NCBI GenBank assembly: GCA_003557605.1
Contig: PWNW01000184.1
Span: 1 to 32,680 of the forward strand
Length of the DNA stretch: 32,680 nt
Reading direction: 5' to 3'
From: Spirochaetaceae bacterium
GTDB lineage: Bacteria; Spirochaetota; Spirochaetia; PWKH01
Of the stretch, positions 18,644-29,843 are shown one piece after another; the first letter of the stretch is position 1; every line of letters starts with the position of its first letter. The notes under the pieces are model-generated. The model was not told where the DNA came from, did not search any database, and saw nothing but the letters and a program-made list of their open reading frames with translations. The translations under genes were made by a program, and so were the position numbers.

Positions 18644-21600
18644 CTATTCATCAAAAAAGTCCCCGTTATCGTCCTCACCTCCGGTATCCGCCTCTGCTGC
18701 GACCAGATCCTCTTCTTCTTCACGCTCCCTGGATTCCATTACCGTCTGAACAGAAGCATCAAGGTCTTCCCTGCCTTCCTGCACCAGCTTAACCTCCCGG
18801 TAGTTTTTAATACCGGTACCGGCAGGTATCAGGTGGCCGATGATGACATTTTCCTTAAGACCCCTCAGCTCATCTCTACTACCAGCAATAGCCGCATTTG
18901 TCAATACCTTCGTGGTCTCCTGGAATGATGCAGCAGAGATAAACGACTCAATGCTCAATGAAGCCCTGGTTATACCCAGCAGCAGCGGCTTCGCCACTGC
19001 AGGCTGCCCTCCCTCGCGAAGGACCTTCCTGTTTTCTTCATGAAAGCGGTACTTGTCAACCTGCTGGCCGAAGATAAAACTGGTATCACCAACTTCTGCA
19101 ACTTCAACCTTGCGCATCATCTGCCGTACAATCACACCGATATGCTTATCGTTGATGTCTACTCCCTGCAGCCGGTACACCTCCTGTATCTCATTCACCA
19201 GAAAGGTCTGCAGCGCATTCTCACCGAGAATATCTATGACGTCATGGGGATCCATCACGCCGTCAGAAAGGGGTTCTCCGGCCTTGACCAGATCTCCGTC
19301 CCTGACAAGCAGATGCCGACCCATGGACACCTGGTGCTTAAATTCATTGCCGTATGGATCATCCACTGCAATAACTCGCTTTCCCTTTACAATGCTGTGG
19401 AAACGGACCGTCCCGGAAACCTGAGCAAGCACCGCTGCATTTTTCGGTCTCCTTGCCTCAAAAAGCTCCCCGACCCTGGGAAGTCCTCCGGTAATATCAC
19501 GGGTTTTTACGTTTTCCTTCAGCAGTTTTGCCAAGGTCCTTCCCTGGGTGACTTTCTGGCCGTCCTCCACATTAAGGTACGAAGAGCCCGGAAGGAAATA
19601 TACCGCAAGCTCATTGCCGTCTTCATCAGTAATGCTCAGCCGAGGCTGCAGGGTTTCAAGGGTATACTCGGTAATCTTCTTCTCAATATTTCCGGTATCC
19701 TCGTTTATCTCCTCATTCAGGGTGGTGCCCAGAAGAATGTCCATAAACCGGACGATACCGTCCTGCTCAGCAATGATCGGCTCAGAGAAGGGGTCAAATG
19801 TTGCTATGTTTGATCCTGCAGGAACAATCTCTCCCAGTTTCACCAGCAGGTTTGATCCGTTCCTGATGTCTATCCGCTGGGGCTGGGAGACAAGGGTTAC
19901 ATGGGAATCAGAAACTTTCACATAGGCGATCTCGTCAGAGAGCACCTCCTCTCCGTCCTTCTTCCCAAGGGGAAATCCCAGCGCAACCTTGTCATCATCA
20001 CTTACCATCAGCTCATCAAACTCCGTCAGCGGAATCTGCTTGAGCACCTTGGACCCCATGATGTACCCCTTTCTGGTGAACAGGAGGGTTCCGTCATTCA
20101 TCGGAACTGTATTGCCCGCAATCTCCATGATCATCAGAGGATAGTTGAGGACAATCTTATTTTCTTCACTCATCTTTGTGGCAGTTCCACCGACATGGAA
20201 GGTCCGCATGGTAAGCTGTGTTCCCGGCTGACCAATGGACTGAGCGGCAATAATCCCTACCGCCTCACCGATATCGACAGTCTTGTTGGTGGCGAGGTTT
20301 CTGCCGTAGCACATCTGGCACACCCCGTGCTTTGCCTCGCAGGTAAGCACTGTTCGTATCCTGACGTTTTCAATTCCCGCCTCTTCTATGCGGACTGAAA
20401 TTTCTTCAGTGACCTCTTCATTCACATCCACGATGATGTCTTCGGTAATCGGATGCACAACCCGCTCAAGGGTGTACCGACCGGAAATCCTGTCGGTGAG
20501 TGTCTCCACCACTTCCTCGCCGTCCTTCAGGGCAGCCATGTCAATTCCGTTGATGGTCCCGCAGTCATGCTCATTGATCACCACATCCTGGGCAATATCC
20601 ACAAGCCTTCTGGTCAAGTACCCTGCATCAGCAGTTTTCAGGGCCGTATCGGCCAGACCTTTTCGTGCACCGTTGGTGGATATGAAGAACTCAATGATTG
20701 AAAGACCTTCCTTGAAGTTTGACCGGATGGGAAGTTCAATAATATCTCCGGAGGGCTTGGCCATCAGCCCCCTCATTCCTCCGAGCTGCCGGATCTGCGT
20801 TCTGCTTCCCCGGGCACCGGAATCTGCCATCAGATATACAGGGTTGAATCCCTGCTTATCCTTCTTCAGAAGATCCATCAGCTCATTCGTGAGGTTTTCA
20901 TTGGTGAGGCTCCATACCTCAACAACCCTGTTGTACCGCTCCTCCTGGGTGATATGCCCCTGGAGATACTGGTTCTGGATTTCACGGACCTGCTTATTTG
21001 CTGCTTGAATCATTTCCCGTTTCACGTCCGGGACCATGATGTCGTTCAGTCCGATGGTAGCCCCGAAGACGGTGGCGTACTTGAATCCAACGTCCTTGAT
21101 GATGTCAAGAAGCTTCACAGCAGTTGAAGCATTAAAGTTCTGCAGGGTCTCCCCGATCAGGCTCCTGAGCTGCTTGTCGCCGAAGGTCACATTTTTAAAC
21201 GAAATTTCCTCCGGAAGGCTCTCATTGAAAATAATGCGTCCGGGGGTAGTGCGTATCACATCACCTATCGGAAGCTTATACTGAATTTCGGTATTGTAGC
21301 GGATTGATTTCGCATCCAAGGCCATAAGCACTTCCGCATAGGAATCAAAGAATTTCCCCTCCCCCGGCTCTCCTTTCCGGTTTTTGGTCAGGTAGTTTAT
21401 TCCAAGCACCATGTCCTGGGACGGAAAGACAACCGGTTTTCCGTTTGCCGGGTCCAGCAGATTATTCGAGGAAAGCATCAGGGTCCAGCACTCTATCTGC
21501 GCAGCTTGGGTAAGGGGCACATGGACTGCCATCTGGTCACCGTCAAAGTCAGCGTTGTACGCATGGCATACCAGGGGATGCAGCTTTATTGCCTTTCCTT

Positions 21601-22894
21601 CAACAAGGATCGGCTCAAAGGCCTGAATTCCCAGGCGGTGAAGCGTCGGAGCTCGGTTGAGCAGTACGGGATGCTCCCTGACCACCTCATCGAGTATTGA
21701 CCACACCTCCTGAGTTTCCTGCTCCACAAGGGTTTTAGCCTTTTTTATGTTGTAGACAATGTCTTTTTCCACAAGGCGCTTCATAATGAAGGGCTTGTAC
21801 AGCTCAAGGGCCATCTTAGAAGGAAGCCCGCACTGATGCAGCCGAAGCTCAGGACCGACCACGATGACCGAACGGCCGGAGTAGTCAACTCGCTTGCCGA
21901 GCAGATTCTGCCTGAACCGTCCCTGCTTTCCCTTGAGCATATCAGAAAGGGACTTCAGTGGTCTGTTTGAAGCTCCCTTCACCACCCGTTTTTTCTTTGA
22001 ATTGTCAAACAGGGCGTCAACCGCCTCCTGGAGCATTCTCTTTTCATTTCTAATGATGATGTCCGGGGCATTGAGGGCCATAAGCCGTTTGAGACGGTTA
22101 TTTCTGTTGATCACCCGGCGGTACAGGTCATTGAGGTCGGAGGTGGCAAACCGTCCTCCGTCCAGCTGCACCATGGGACGCAGTTCCGGCGGTATGACGG
22201 GTATTACATCAAGGATCATCCATTCAGGTTTATTGCCTGAGTCGCGGAAGTTCTCCACAATCTCTATGCGCCTGAGCAGACGTTTATCGGATTTGACTCC
22301 CTTGTCAATCATACGCCCGCGCAGCTCCGCAGAAAGGGAGTTAAGATCAATGGCAGACAGAAGGATCTTTACCGCTTCTGCGCCCATGCCGGCAGTGAAG
22401 CTTTCCCCGTAACGCTCCCGAGCTTCATAGTACTCATCTTCATTGAGCAGCTGCTTAAGCTTCAGGTCCGTATCGCCCGGATCAATGACAATGTATTTCT
22501 CGTAATAGAGCACCGAGCGCAACGCAGCCACGCTTAAGTCCAGCAGAAGGCCCATTCTTGACGGCACAGACCGGTAGTACCAGATATGAGATACGGGTGA
22601 GGCTAATTCAATATGGCCCATACGCTCACGACGGACCTTGAAATGGGTGACTTCCACTCCGCAGCGGTCACAGATCACCCCTTTATACCGAATGGACTTA
22701 AACTTCCCGCAGTAGCACTCCCACTCCTTGGTGGTGCCGAATATCTTTTCACAGAACAGTCCGTCCTTCTCCGGACGAAGGGTCCGGTAGTTTATCGTCT
22801 CCGGCTTCTTCACCTCTCCGTAGGACCAGTCCCGTATCTGCACCGGGGAGGCCAACTGAATTTTTATATTATCAAAATCCTGAATTTCTCTCAT
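18644..22894 (-). CDS. rpoC: DNA-directed RNA polymerase subunit beta-prime (with an SI3-like trigger-loop insertion)
   Basis: 1416 aa. It has an N-terminal zinc motif ([23 protein letters not shown]) and the catalytic motif [12 protein letters not shown]. The trigger-loop helices TFHVGG and [18 protein letters not shown] are separated by about 229 aa. Confidence 0.99.
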   Translation of the reverse strand: MREIQDFDNIKIQLASPVQIRDWSYGEVKKPETINYRTLRPEKDGLFCEKIFGTTKEWECYCGKFKSIRYKGVICDRCGVEVTHFKVRRERMGHIELASPVSHIWYYRSVPSRMGLLLDLSVAALRSVLYYEKYIVIDPGDTDLKLKQLLNEDEYYEARERYGESFTAGMGAEAVKILLSAIDLNSLSAELRGRMIDKGVKSDKRLLRRIEIVENFRDSGNKPEWMILDVIPVIPPELRPMVQLDGGRFATSDLNDLYRRVINRNNRLKRLMALNAPDIIIRNEKRMLQEAVDALFDNSKKKRVVKGASNRPLKSLSDMLKGKQGRFRQNLLGKRVDYSGRSVIVVGPELRLHQCGLPSKMALELYKPFIMKRLVEKDIVYNIKKAKTLVEQETQEVWSILDEVVREHPVLLNRAPTLHRLGIQAFEPILVEGKAIKLHPLVCHAYNADFDGDQMAVHVPLTQAAQIECWTLMLSSNNLLDPANGKPVVFPSQDMVLGINYLTKNRKGEPGEGKFFDSYAEVLMALDAKSIRYNTEIQYKLPIGDVIRTTPGRIIFNESLPEEISFKNVTFGDKQLRSLIGETLQNFNASTAVKLLDIIKDVGFKYATVFGATIGLNDIMVPDVKREMIQAANKQVREIQNQYLQGHITQEERYNRVVEVWSLTNENLTNELMDLLKKDKQGFNPVYLMADSGARGSRTQIRQLGGMRGLMAKPSGDIIELPIRSNFKEGLSIIEFFISTNGARKGLADTALKTADAGYLTRRLVDIAQDVVINEHDCGTINGIDMAALKDGEEVVETLTDRISGRYTLERVVHPITEDIIVDVNEEVTEEISVRIEEAGIENVRIRTVLTCEAKHGVCQMCYGRNLATNKTVDIGEAVGIIAAQSIGQPGTQLTMRTFHVGGTATKMSEENKIVLNYPLMIMEIAGNTVPMNDGTLLFTRKGYIMGSKVLKQIPLTEFDELMVSDDDKVALGFPLGKKDGEEVLSDEIAYVKVSDSHVTLVSQPQRIDIRNGSNLLVKLGEIVPAGSNIATFDPFSEPIIAEQDGIVRFMDILLGTTLNEEINEDTGNIEKKITEYTLETLQPRLSITDEDGNELAVYFLPGSSYLNVEDGQKVTQGRTLAKLLKENVKTRDITGGLPRVGELFEARRPKNAAVLAQVSGTVRFHSIVKGKRVIAVDDPYGNEFKHQVSMGRHLLVRDGDLVKAGEPLSDGVMDPHDVIDILGENALQTFLVNEIQEVYRLQGVDINDKHIGVIVRQMMRKVEVAEVGDTSFIFGQQVDKYRFHEENRKVLREGGQPAVAKPLLLGITRASLSIESFISAASFQETTKVLTNAAIAGSRDELRGLKENVIIGHLIPAGTGIKNYREVKLVQEGREDLDASVQTVMESREREEEEDLVAAEADTGGEDDNGDFFDE

Positions 22895-22911
22895 TCCGAC
22901 ATGCTCCTGTC

Positions 22912-25900
22912 TTAGAAATCGTCGCCCTTCTTGTTTATCAGCTCCTCATCACGTTCCGTGAGGGGGATCTGCTTGTTATGTGAATCATGGATGGTCAGAT
23001 CAAGCGCCAGCCCTCGCAGTTCCTGCACCAGGACATTGAATGACTCAGGCATTCCAGCACTTGAAGAGGGTTCACCCTTCACAATATTCTCATAAATCCT
23101 CACACGGCCGTTCATGTCATCCGACTTGATGGTAAGCAGTTCCTGCAGCGTATTCGCCGCACCATAGGCCTCAAGGGCCCAGACCTCCATCTCACCAAGA
23201 CGCTGGCCGCCGAACTGGGCCTTTCCACCCAGGGGCTGCTGGGTCACCAGCGAATAGGGGCCGGTTGATCTGGCATGCATCTTGTCGTCAATAAGGTGAT
23301 GCAGCTTCAGCATATACAGGTAACCGGTAAATACCTCATTTTCAAAATATTCACCGCTCCTTCCGTCCCTGAGCCTTGATTTTGAGGTCAGCGGCAGGCC
23401 CGCCTCAATCATCACCTCTTCAAGCTGCTCCGGGGTTGCGGACTGAAACACCGGGGTTGAAAACCATTTTCCCAGCACCTTTCCGGCCCAGCCGAGCTGT
23501 GTCTCCAGAAGCTGTCCGATATTCATACGGGAAGGTACGCCCAGCGGGTTAAGACAAATATCCAGGGGAGTTCCATCCTCCATGTAGGGCATGTCCTCCT
23601 CGGGAAGTATCAGGGATATGACACCCTTGTTTCCATGGCGTCCTGCCATCTTGTCACCTTCCCTGAGCTTGCGTTTTGTCGCAATGAGCACCTTCACCAC
23701 TTCGTCCACTCCGGGAGAAAGATCATCGCCTTCAGAGCGTTTCAGGCGCTGTATGTCTATGACCGTTCCCTCGGTTCCGTGGGGAACCCTGAGAGAAGTG
23801 TCCCTGACCTCCTTCGCCTTTTCTCCGAAGATTGAATTCAGCAGCTTGAATTCAGGGGTCGAGTCAGCCTCAGCTTTCGGGGTAACCTTTCCCACAAGAA
23901 TATAACCGGACTTCACATTTGCGCCGATTCTTATGATGCCGTCCTCATCAAGCTGCTCAAGGGACTTCTCACTGGTATTTGGAATATCCCTGGTCAGCTT
24001 CTCCGGACCAAGCCTGGTCTCCCGAACATCAATGCTGTATTCCTTAATATGTATGGAGGTGAACACATCGTCCTTCACCACCCGTTCGGAAATCAGAATT
24101 GAGTCCTCATAATTGTACCCGTTCCAGGGCATAAACCCGACAAGCACATCCCTGCCGAGGGCAAGTTCGCCGCGCTTTGTCGAGGGACCGTCAGCAATGA
24201 CGTCCCCTGCCTTCACAGTCTGTCCAGCCTCAGCGATGGGTATTTGATGAAAGCAGGTATCCTGGTTTGTTCTCTGATATTTCTGCAGCAGATATTCATC
24301 CACATCATGCTCATGCTCAGCTTCATCGGGCCTGATAATAATTTTCGTGTTTGAAACGTACTCCGCCGTTCCGCTGCGCTGTGCAATGACCATAACACCT
24401 GAATCATAGGCGGTCTTCGCTTCCATACCGGTCCCCACCAGCGGAGGTTCCGGAAATACCAGCGGCACTGCCTGCCGCTGCATATTTGAGCCCATCAACG
24501 CACGGTTGGCATCATCATGCTCTAAAAAAGGAATCAGGGAGGTAGCCACCGATATTACCTGCTTCGGAGAGACATCCATAAACTGGATCTGATCTCCCGG
24601 CCTGGTGGTGTAGTCACCCGACTTCCTGACCGACACCAGGTCAGTGAGGAATTTCCCGTCTTCACCAAAAAGCGCATTCGCCTGAGCAATAAAATATTTT
24701 TCTTCGTCGATCGCAGAAAGGTAGTGCACTTCCTTGGTAACTTTCCCACCGTCCACTTTCCGATAGGGAGTCTCAAGAAATCCGTATTCATTGATCCGGG
24801 TGTAGTTTGCCAATGAAACGATCAACCCGATATTCGGGCCTTCAGGGGTTTCAATGGGACACATTCTTCCGTAATGCGTGTAGTGCACATCCCGGACCTC
24901 AAAGCCTGCTCTGTCCCGTGAAAGACCTCCGGGCCCGAGGGCGTTGAGCCGCCGCTTATGGGTAAGCCCTGCAAGGGGATTGACCTGGTCCATAAACTGG
25001 CTGAGCTGACTGGAGCCGAAGAACTCCTTTATAGCCGCTGTAACCGGCTTAATGGAAATCAGCTCCTGGGGAACTGCACGTTCGGTATCAAGGTTCATCC
25101 GCTCTTTTGCAATCCGCTCCATTCTTGAAAATGCAGTTTTCAGGGCATTCTGAAGCAGCTCTCCCACTGACCTGATCCTCCTGTTTCCCAGGTGGTCAAT
25201 GTCATCCTCATTTTCTTCACCGATAAACACCTTGATCAGATACCGCATGGTATTGACGATGTCCTCACGATGGAGCACCGGCTCCTCATGGGGTTGTTCG
25301 TAATCAAGTTTTTTGTTCAGCTTATATCGTCCAACCCGTCCGAGATCATATCTCCGATGGGTAAAGAACATAGTATTGAGGTCCTTCTCGGCATTCTCCA
25401 GCGATATGGGCTCTCCAGGCATCAGCACTGAATAGATGGCCACCAGTGCATCCTCCTTGGCAGGTTCATCATATCCCGCATCAATGCGGGTATGCTTTGC
25501 TTCCTCAAGCTCAAAGCACCGGAGAATAATCTGGGAATGGAGAGAATCCTCATGTTCAAAATCAATGATCTCAATTTCATCCACCTCGGAATGAATCAGC
25601 TCATCGATCTCATGGGGATGAAGCTTATCACCTGCACGGTAGAGTTTTTTCCTTTCTCCATCTACAGTAATATGCACATCCCTGAAGAGCACGGAATCAA
25701 CAAGCGCCTCTTTCTCCTCACGGGAATCAATTAAGCCCACGGTCTTTGACTGGTAGTACTGTTTAAGGATCTTTTCCCTGCTGTCAAGGCCCAGGGCACG
25801 GAGAAACAACGTTCCGAGAATCCGCTTTTTTCTGTCAATCTTAGCGAAGATCAGCTCTTTTTTCTGGTCTATTTCAAACTCAAGCCATGATCCCCGGTAT

Positions 25901-26406
25901 GGAATGATTCGGGAGGAAAACACTCCCTTCTCAAAGGAGAAAATCACGCCCGGAGACCGGTGAATCTGACTTACCACTACCCGTTCAGCACCGTTGATGA
26001 TGAATGTGCCGCGGGGGGTCATCAGGGGGATATCACCGATATAGATGTCCTTCTGCCGAATTTCTCCGGTCTCAAGAAAGACCAGGTTCACCTTCGCCTT
26101 GATGGTGATTGAGTATGTCTGGCCTTTGAGCTTGCATTCCATCTCAGGGCGTATATGCGCTTCATCAAGGCTGTACTGAACATATTCAAGCAGCATATCC
26201 CCGCTGGGACTTTCGATGGGAAATGTGGTCTGAAACACCTCCTCCAGACCGTAATTCAGCAGCGGCAGTCCCTGCCGCAGCCGTTCCCTCTGTAAAAAGT
26301 GTTCGAAGGAAAGGAGCTGCACATCAATGAGATTCGGCAGCTCCAGTATATCTTCAAACTGCTCACCAATATAGGTTCTTTGAATGACTTTGCCTTCGGC
26401 AAGCAT
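22912..26406 (-). CDS. rpoB: DNA-directed RNA polymerase subunit beta
   Basis: 1164 aa with motifs [39 protein letters not shown] and [18 protein letters not shown]. Confidence 0.99.
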   Translation of the reverse strand: MLAEGKVIQRTYIGEQFEDILELPNLIDVQLLSFEHFLQRERLRQGLPLLNYGLEEVFQTTFPIESPSGDMLLEYVQYSLDEAHIRPEMECKLKGQTYSITIKAKVNLVFLETGEIRQKDIYIGDIPLMTPRGTFIINGAERVVVSQIHRSPGVIFSFEKGVFSSRIIPYRGSWLEFEIDQKKELIFAKIDRKKRILGTLFLRALGLDSREKILKQYYQSKTVGLIDSREEKEALVDSVLFRDVHITVDGERKKLYRAGDKLHPHEIDELIHSEVDEIEIIDFEHEDSLHSQIILRCFELEEAKHTRIDAGYDEPAKEDALVAIYSVLMPGEPISLENAEKDLNTMFFTHRRYDLGRVGRYKLNKKLDYEQPHEEPVLHREDIVNTMRYLIKVFIGEENEDDIDHLGNRRIRSVGELLQNALKTAFSRMERIAKERMNLDTERAVPQELISIKPVTAAIKEFFGSSQLSQFMDQVNPLAGLTHKRRLNALGPGGLSRDRAGFEVRDVHYTHYGRMCPIETPEGPNIGLIVSLANYTRINEYGFLETPYRKVDGGKVTKEVHYLSAIDEEKYFIAQANALFGEDGKFLTDLVSVRKSGDYTTRPGDQIQFMDVSPKQVISVATSLIPFLEHDDANRALMGSNMQRQAVPLVFPEPPLVGTGMEAKTAYDSGVMVIAQRSGTAEYVSNTKIIIRPDEAEHEHDVDEYLLQKYQRTNQDTCFHQIPIAEAGQTVKAGDVIADGPSTKRGELALGRDVLVGFMPWNGYNYEDSILISERVVKDDVFTSIHIKEYSIDVRETRLGPEKLTRDIPNTSEKSLEQLDEDGIIRIGANVKSGYILVGKVTPKAEADSTPEFKLLNSIFGEKAKEVRDTSLRVPHGTEGTVIDIQRLKRSEGDDLSPGVDEVVKVLIATKRKLREGDKMAGRHGNKGVISLILPEEDMPYMEDGTPLDICLNPLGVPSRMNIGQLLETQLGWAGKVLGKWFSTPVFQSATPEQLEEVMIEAGLPLTSKSRLRDGRSGEYFENEVFTGYLYMLKLHHLIDDKMHARSTGPYSLVTQQPLGGKAQFGGQRLGEMEVWALEAYGAANTLQELLTIKSDDMNGRVRIYENIVKGEPSSSAGMPESFNVLVQELRGLALDLTIHDSHNKQIPLTERDEELINKKGDDF

Positions 26407-26463
26407 TGTTACCCCCTGGACATGGAATCAAAGGCAGACTGGAAAATCCTGCCTGCCTTGTGG

Positions 26464-26495
26464 ACACAAATTACCACCGGAACAGACTCCGGCGG
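26464..26495 (-). terminator. Putative rplL-rpoB attenuator (partial intrinsic terminator)
   Basis: Minus-strand RNA folds as CCGCCGGA GUCUGU UCCGGUGG, an 8-bp stem with one G-U, followed by UAAUUUGUGU. The single non-Watson-Crick position is G-U in sense RNA and A/C on the other strand. The position matches the known E. coli rplL-rpoB attenuator. Confidence 0.4.
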
Positions 26496-26531
26496 CAACT
26501 GAGAATTTGTACCGATGTGCTGCAGAAGCAG

Positions 26532-26918
26532 TTATTTAACCTCAACTTCAGCGCCGGCAGCTTCAAGTTTTTCCTTAATGGAAGCAGCCTCTTCCTTGGA
26601 AACAGCTTCTTTAATGGTCTTTCCGCCAGCCTCAACGATATCCTTTGCTTCTTTAAGTCCGAGACCAGTAATAGCACGGACTTCCTTGATAACAGGAATC
26701 TTTTTCCCATCCGCAATACCCTTCAGGATTACGTCAAACTCTGTCTGCTCTTCAACCTCTTCAGCAGCAGCGGCAGGAGCCGCAGCACCGGCAACAGCGA
26801 CAGGAGCCGCAGCGGTAACGCCGAATTTTTCTTCCATGCTCTTAATGAGATCTGAGAGCTCCAGGACAGTCATGTTGGAAATCGCTTCCAGAATATCTTC
26901 TTTCTTGATTGCAGCCAT
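26532..26918 (-). CDS. rplL: 50S ribosomal protein L7/L12 (bL12)
   Basis: 128 aa with an N-terminal dimerisation helix, an Ala-rich hinge ([18 protein letters not shown]) and a C-terminal domain ([14 protein letters not shown]). Confidence 0.97.
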   Translation of the reverse strand: MAAIKKEDILEAISNMTVLELSDLIKSMEEKFGVTAAAPVAVAGAAAPAAAAEEVEEQTEFDVILKGIADGKKIPVIKEVRAITGLGLKEAKDIVEAGGKTIKEAVSKEEAASIKEKLEAAGAEVEVK

Positions 26919-26987
26919 ATTATCTTCTCCTTATTGTATAATATTTTTCACAGTAATAGCATGCTACTAATGAAGACTAGTACTGTG

Positions 26988-27524
26988 TTATTCACTTTGT
27001 TTATCTGCAACAGCCTGCAGAGTCCGTACAAGTTTGGTGGGCAGTGCGTTCAGCACATACACCACGTTCTGAATCGGGGCCTGCATAGTCCCGACAACCA
27101 TACCGAGCAGTTCAATCCGTGACGGAAGCTTGCTGAATTCCTCAATCTGCTTCGCCGTGAAAACTTTCCCGTCAACTATTCCGCCCTTGATTTCAACAGG
27201 GGCATTCTTTGCAAATTCAACCAGTATCTTTGCCACCGCAGCCGCATCACCCTTGGGAAGAGCTATCGCCGTCGGTCCGGTAAGCTGATCATCCACTTCG
27301 GGACGTTCCAGCTCCTTCAGAGCAATCTTGGCAAACCGGTTCTTCACAACCTTGTATCTGGCTTCTTCCTGAAACAGCTTCTGCCTCAGCACGGTGATCT
27401 GCTCCACCGTCAGTCCCCGGTAGTTGGTAAAGATATAGTTGTCAACGGTGCTGAACTCATCCTTCAGAGCCTGGACGGCATCAACTTTATTCTGCTGAAT
27501 TTTCACTTCATACGCTGCCATCAT
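26988..27524 (-). CDS. rplJ: 50S ribosomal protein L10 (uL10)
   Basis: 178 aa, between rplA and rplL. SD spacing (AAGGAGG) fits the second ATG (ending at 27521) better than the first. Confidence 0.95.
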   Translation of the reverse strand: MMAAYEVKIQQNKVDAVQALKDEFSTVDNYIFTNYRGLTVEQITVLRQKLFQEEARYKVVKNRFAKIALKELERPEVDDQLTGPTAIALPKGDAAAVAKILVEFAKNAPVEIKGGIVDGKVFTAKQIEEFSKLPSRIELLGMVVGTMQAPIQNVVYVLNALPTKLVRTLQAVADKQSE

Positions 27525-27532
27525 GCCCTCCT

Positions 27533-28213
27533 TTACCGAGCTTCCTGGAACTGGACTTTCACACCAGGTCCCATGGTCGAGCCCACCGCCACCGACTGCA
27601 CAAAATCACCCTTTGTGTCACTGGGGCGCCTCTTCTGGACCTCCGAAAGGATCATCCGAACGTTCTCGGTAACCTGTTCAGGGTCCATGGACACCTTGCC
27701 CACAGCCAGGTGCACGACTCCGGTCTTGTCGGAACGGAATTCAACCCGTCCCTGTTTGAGTTCCTTCAGTGCTTCAGTGATTTCAAACGTCACAGTCCGA
27801 GTCTTCGGATTAGGCATCAGTCCCCTCCGTCCGAGTATCGGACCAAGCCGGCCGACATCCTTCATCATATCGGGAGTTGCTACTGCCACGTCAAAATCAA
27901 GCCAACCTCCCTTGATCTTCTCTACCAGGTCTTCATCACCGACATAGGCGGCTCCGGCTTCCCGGGCCTCATCAGCCTTTTCACCCTTTGCAAAGACAAG
28001 GATCTTTTTCTCCTCCGAGAACTGATGCGGCAGCACCAGGGTGTCCCGGACAGTCTGGCTCTTCTTCAGCTTCAGCTTAATCGACAGTTCAACTGTCTCG
28101 TCAAACTTTGCAAATGCAAGGTCCTTGACCAGCTTCAGCGCATCTTCCAACGGATAGTATTCTTCCCGGTCCATCTTCTCGACGGCATCTCTGTACTTCT
28201 TTCCGCGCCTCAT
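27533..28213 (-). CDS. rplA: 50S ribosomal protein L1 (uL1)
   Basis: 226 aa with motif [19 protein letters not shown]. Operon position fits. Confidence 0.97.
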   Translation of the reverse strand: MRRGKKYRDAVEKMDREEYYPLEDALKLVKDLAFAKFDETVELSIKLKLKKSQTVRDTLVLPHQFSEEKKILVFAKGEKADEAREAGAAYVGDEDLVEKIKGGWLDFDVAVATPDMMKDVGRLGPILGRRGLMPNPKTRTVTFEITEALKELKQGRVEFRSDKTGVVHLAVGKVSMDPEQVTENVRMILSEVQKRRPSDTKGDFVQSVAVGSTMGPGVKVQFQEAR

Positions 28214-28214
28214 A

Positions 28215-28646
28215 CTATTCCTCCACCGTCACGCCCATGCTTCGGGCAGTTCCTGCAATGATCTTCATTGCAGCGTCAATGTCGTTGGCATTGAGATCGG
28301 GCATTTTCAGCTCCGCGATCTCCTTGAGATCAGCCTTCGACAGCACAGCGACCTTCGTCTTATGAGGTTCGCCGGAACCGCTCGCGATACCGCAGGCACG
28401 TTTTATCAGCACCGCTGCAGGGGGAGTTTTGAGAATGAAGGTGAAGGAGCGGTCCTGGTACACGGTAATGACTACCGGTACCAGCAGTCCAGCTTCCACG
28501 TTTTTCGACTTCTCGTTAAACTGCTGCACAAACTGCGGTGCGCTGACACCGTGGGGTCCCAATGCAGGTCCCACGGGTGGTGCAGGAGTAGCTTTCTGGG
28601 CTGGAACCTGCAGCTTAATAACTGCAGTAATCTTCTTTTTCGCCAT
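28215..28646 (-). CDS. rplK: 50S ribosomal protein L11 (uL11)
   Basis: 143 aa with motif [12 protein letters not shown]. Confidence 0.97.
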   Translation of the reverse strand: MAKKKITAVIKLQVPAQKATPAPPVGPALGPHGVSAPQFVQQFNEKSKNVEAGLLVPVVITVYQDRSFTFILKTPPAAVLIKRACGIASGSGEPHKTKVAVLSKADLKEIAELKMPDLNANDIDAAMKIIAGTARSMGVTVEE

Positions 28647-28752
28647 AGCAAGCTCTCCTTGTGGTACTATCGCCTGTCCCTCATGCAGGACAAGCTCCCA
28701 TCATTGCCCCGCCCTACGGGCAGGGATATCATGAAACAGCCTCAGGGCTGTC

Positions 28753-28780
28753 ATAATATTCATCAGTTAGATCTTCTCAA
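28753..28780 (-). promoter_or_regulatory. Candidate promoter for rplKAJL overlapping the nusG stop codon
   Basis: The minus strand reads TTGAGA-N16-TATTAT (TTGAGAAGATCTAACTGATGAATATTAT). Motif match only. Confidence 0.3.
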
Positions 28781-29321
28781 CCTGCAGGAAATCAACTTCA
28801 ACCGGAGTGGAGCGTCCAAAAATACCTACTGTCACCTTGAGCTTTCCCTTTTCATAGTTCACTTCCTCAATGGTGCCGGTAAACGTGTCAAAGGGTCCTT
28901 CAACAATTCGTACATTCTCGCCCACCGAAAAGGAGTCCTTCGGCCGGAGCACCCGCTCAGTCTTTATTTCTCCTGCCTTCTGGAGAATACGTTTTGCCTC
29001 ATCAGCAGTAATTGGTCTCGGTTTCGAGCCTCCGAGGGTTCCTACAAATCCGGTCACTCCCTCAATTCTTCGAATCTGGCCGCAGACTCCCTTCCATCCT
29101 ACATCAGGAAGCTCCATTTCCAGAAGAATGTATCCGGGAAGGAACTTTTTCGTGGTAATCTTCTTCTTCCCGTCCTTTACTTCTACAACATCCTCAGAAG
29201 GCACCTTGACATCAGAGACATATGTTCCCACCGCAGGGTCATTCATCAGCTTGCGGATTGTTTTTTCAATTTTGTTTTCATATCCTGAGTAAGTATGCAG
29301 CACATACCAGCTCTTTGCCAT
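28767..29321 (-). CDS. nusG: Transcription termination/antitermination factor NusG
   Basis: 184 aa with an NGN domain start (WYVLHTYSGYENK) and a KOW motif (FSVGENVRIVEGPFDTFTGTIEEV). It follows secE. Confidence 0.97.
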   Translation of the reverse strand: MAKSWYVLHTYSGYENKIEKTIRKLMNDPAVGTYVSDVKVPSEDVVEVKDGKKKITTKKFLPGYILLEMELPDVGWKGVCGQIRRIEGVTGFVGTLGGSKPRPITADEAKRILQKAGEIKTERVLRPKDSFSVGENVRIVEGPFDTFTGTIEEVNYEKGKLKVTVGIFGRSTPVEVDFLQVEKI

Positions 29322-29343
29322 ATATACCTTCTTCTGTAATTTT

Positions 29344-29523
29344 TCAGAAAATTAAGTCCAGTCCCCTCAGCAGCACAAAATCAACGATTCCAAGCACCAC
29401 TGCAAAGAGGAACACGGATACTAACACAACCTTTGTCGAGGCAATCACAGTATCTCGAGTAGGCCATACTACACGCTTCAGCTCCATGTAGCTTTCCCTG
29501 AAAAAACGAACTATTTTTTTCAT
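29344..29523 (-). CDS. secE: Preprotein translocase subunit SecE (single-TM form)
   Basis: Not in the ORF track (59 aa). Hand translation: MKKIVRFFRESYMELKRVVWPTRDTVIASTKVVLVSVFLFAVVLGIVDFVLLRGLDLIF. It shows the typical ELKKVxWPxR motif plus one TM helix. It lies between tRNA-Trp and nusG. Confidence 0.9.
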   Translation of the reverse strand: MKKIVRFFRESYMELKRVVWPTRDTVIASTKVVLVSVFLFAVVLGIVDFVLLRGLDLIF

Positions 29524-29554
29524 CTAGATTGCACTCCTTTCAATACAAGAAAAG

Positions 29555-29628
29555 CAGGCCAGGTAGGATTCGAACCTACAACATCCGGTTTTGGAGACCG
29601 GCGCTCTAGCCGTTGGAGCTACTGGCCT
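29555..29628 (-). tRNA. tRNA-Trp (anticodon CCA)
   Basis: 74-nt cloverleaf folded by hand. Acceptor AGGCCAG/CUGGCCU, D stem GCUC/GAGC, anticodon stem CCGGU/ACCGG with loop CUCCAAA, T arm GUAGG-UUCGAAU-CCUAC. The 3' CCA is not encoded. It has the classical position between rpmG and secE. Confidence 0.93.
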
Positions 29629-29642
29629 GTGAATGTAGCAGA

Positions 29643-29819
29643 CTATTTAATCTTTGCTTCTTTATGGAGGGTGTGCTTCCGGTCAAATTTGCAGTACTTG
29701 CTGAACTCCATCTTTCCTTGGGTGTTTCTTCTGTTTTTCTCTGTGGTATAGTTCTTTCGCTTGCACTCTGAGCACTGAAGAGAAATCTTCTCTACCGGTC
29801 CCTTTTTCTTACTTGCCAT
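29643..29819 (-). CDS. rpmG: 50S ribosomal protein L33 (bL33)
   Basis: 58 aa starting from the ATG at 29819 (MASKKKGPVEKISLQCSECKRKNYTTEKNRRNTQGKMEFSKYCKFDRKHTLHKEAKIK). GGAG lies 8 nt upstream. The track ORF adds 3 codons from an upstream GTG. Confidence 0.94.
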   Translation of the reverse strand: MASKKKGPVEKISLQCSECKRKNYTTEKNRRNTQGKMEFSKYCKFDRKHTLHKEAKIK

Positions 29820-29843
29820 CTTTTTCACTCCTCACCATAGAAA

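Noticed and set aside
19040-19813. 257-aa plus-strand ORF, and other plus-strand ORFs within 18840-22915
   Set aside because: All are antisense to rpoC, have no SD, and have non-protein-like composition.
26471-26970. ORFs 26471-26716 (-), 26406-26855 (+) and 26515-26970 (+)
   Set aside because: They overlap rplL and its flanking spacers in wrong frames or on the wrong strand. rplL is the unambiguous gene here.
26919-26987. CACAGUA...UACUGUG stem and the 10-bp palindrome TAGCATGCTA in the rplJ-rplL gap
   Set aside because: The loop is long (25 nt), there is no U-tract, and the palindrome is too short to fold with a viable loop. I judged it not distinguishable from chance.
29820-29828. GTG-initiated 3-codon extension of rpmG
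   Set aside because: The GGAG SD lies within the extension and fits the downstream ATG. The L33 N-terminus MASKKK is typical.
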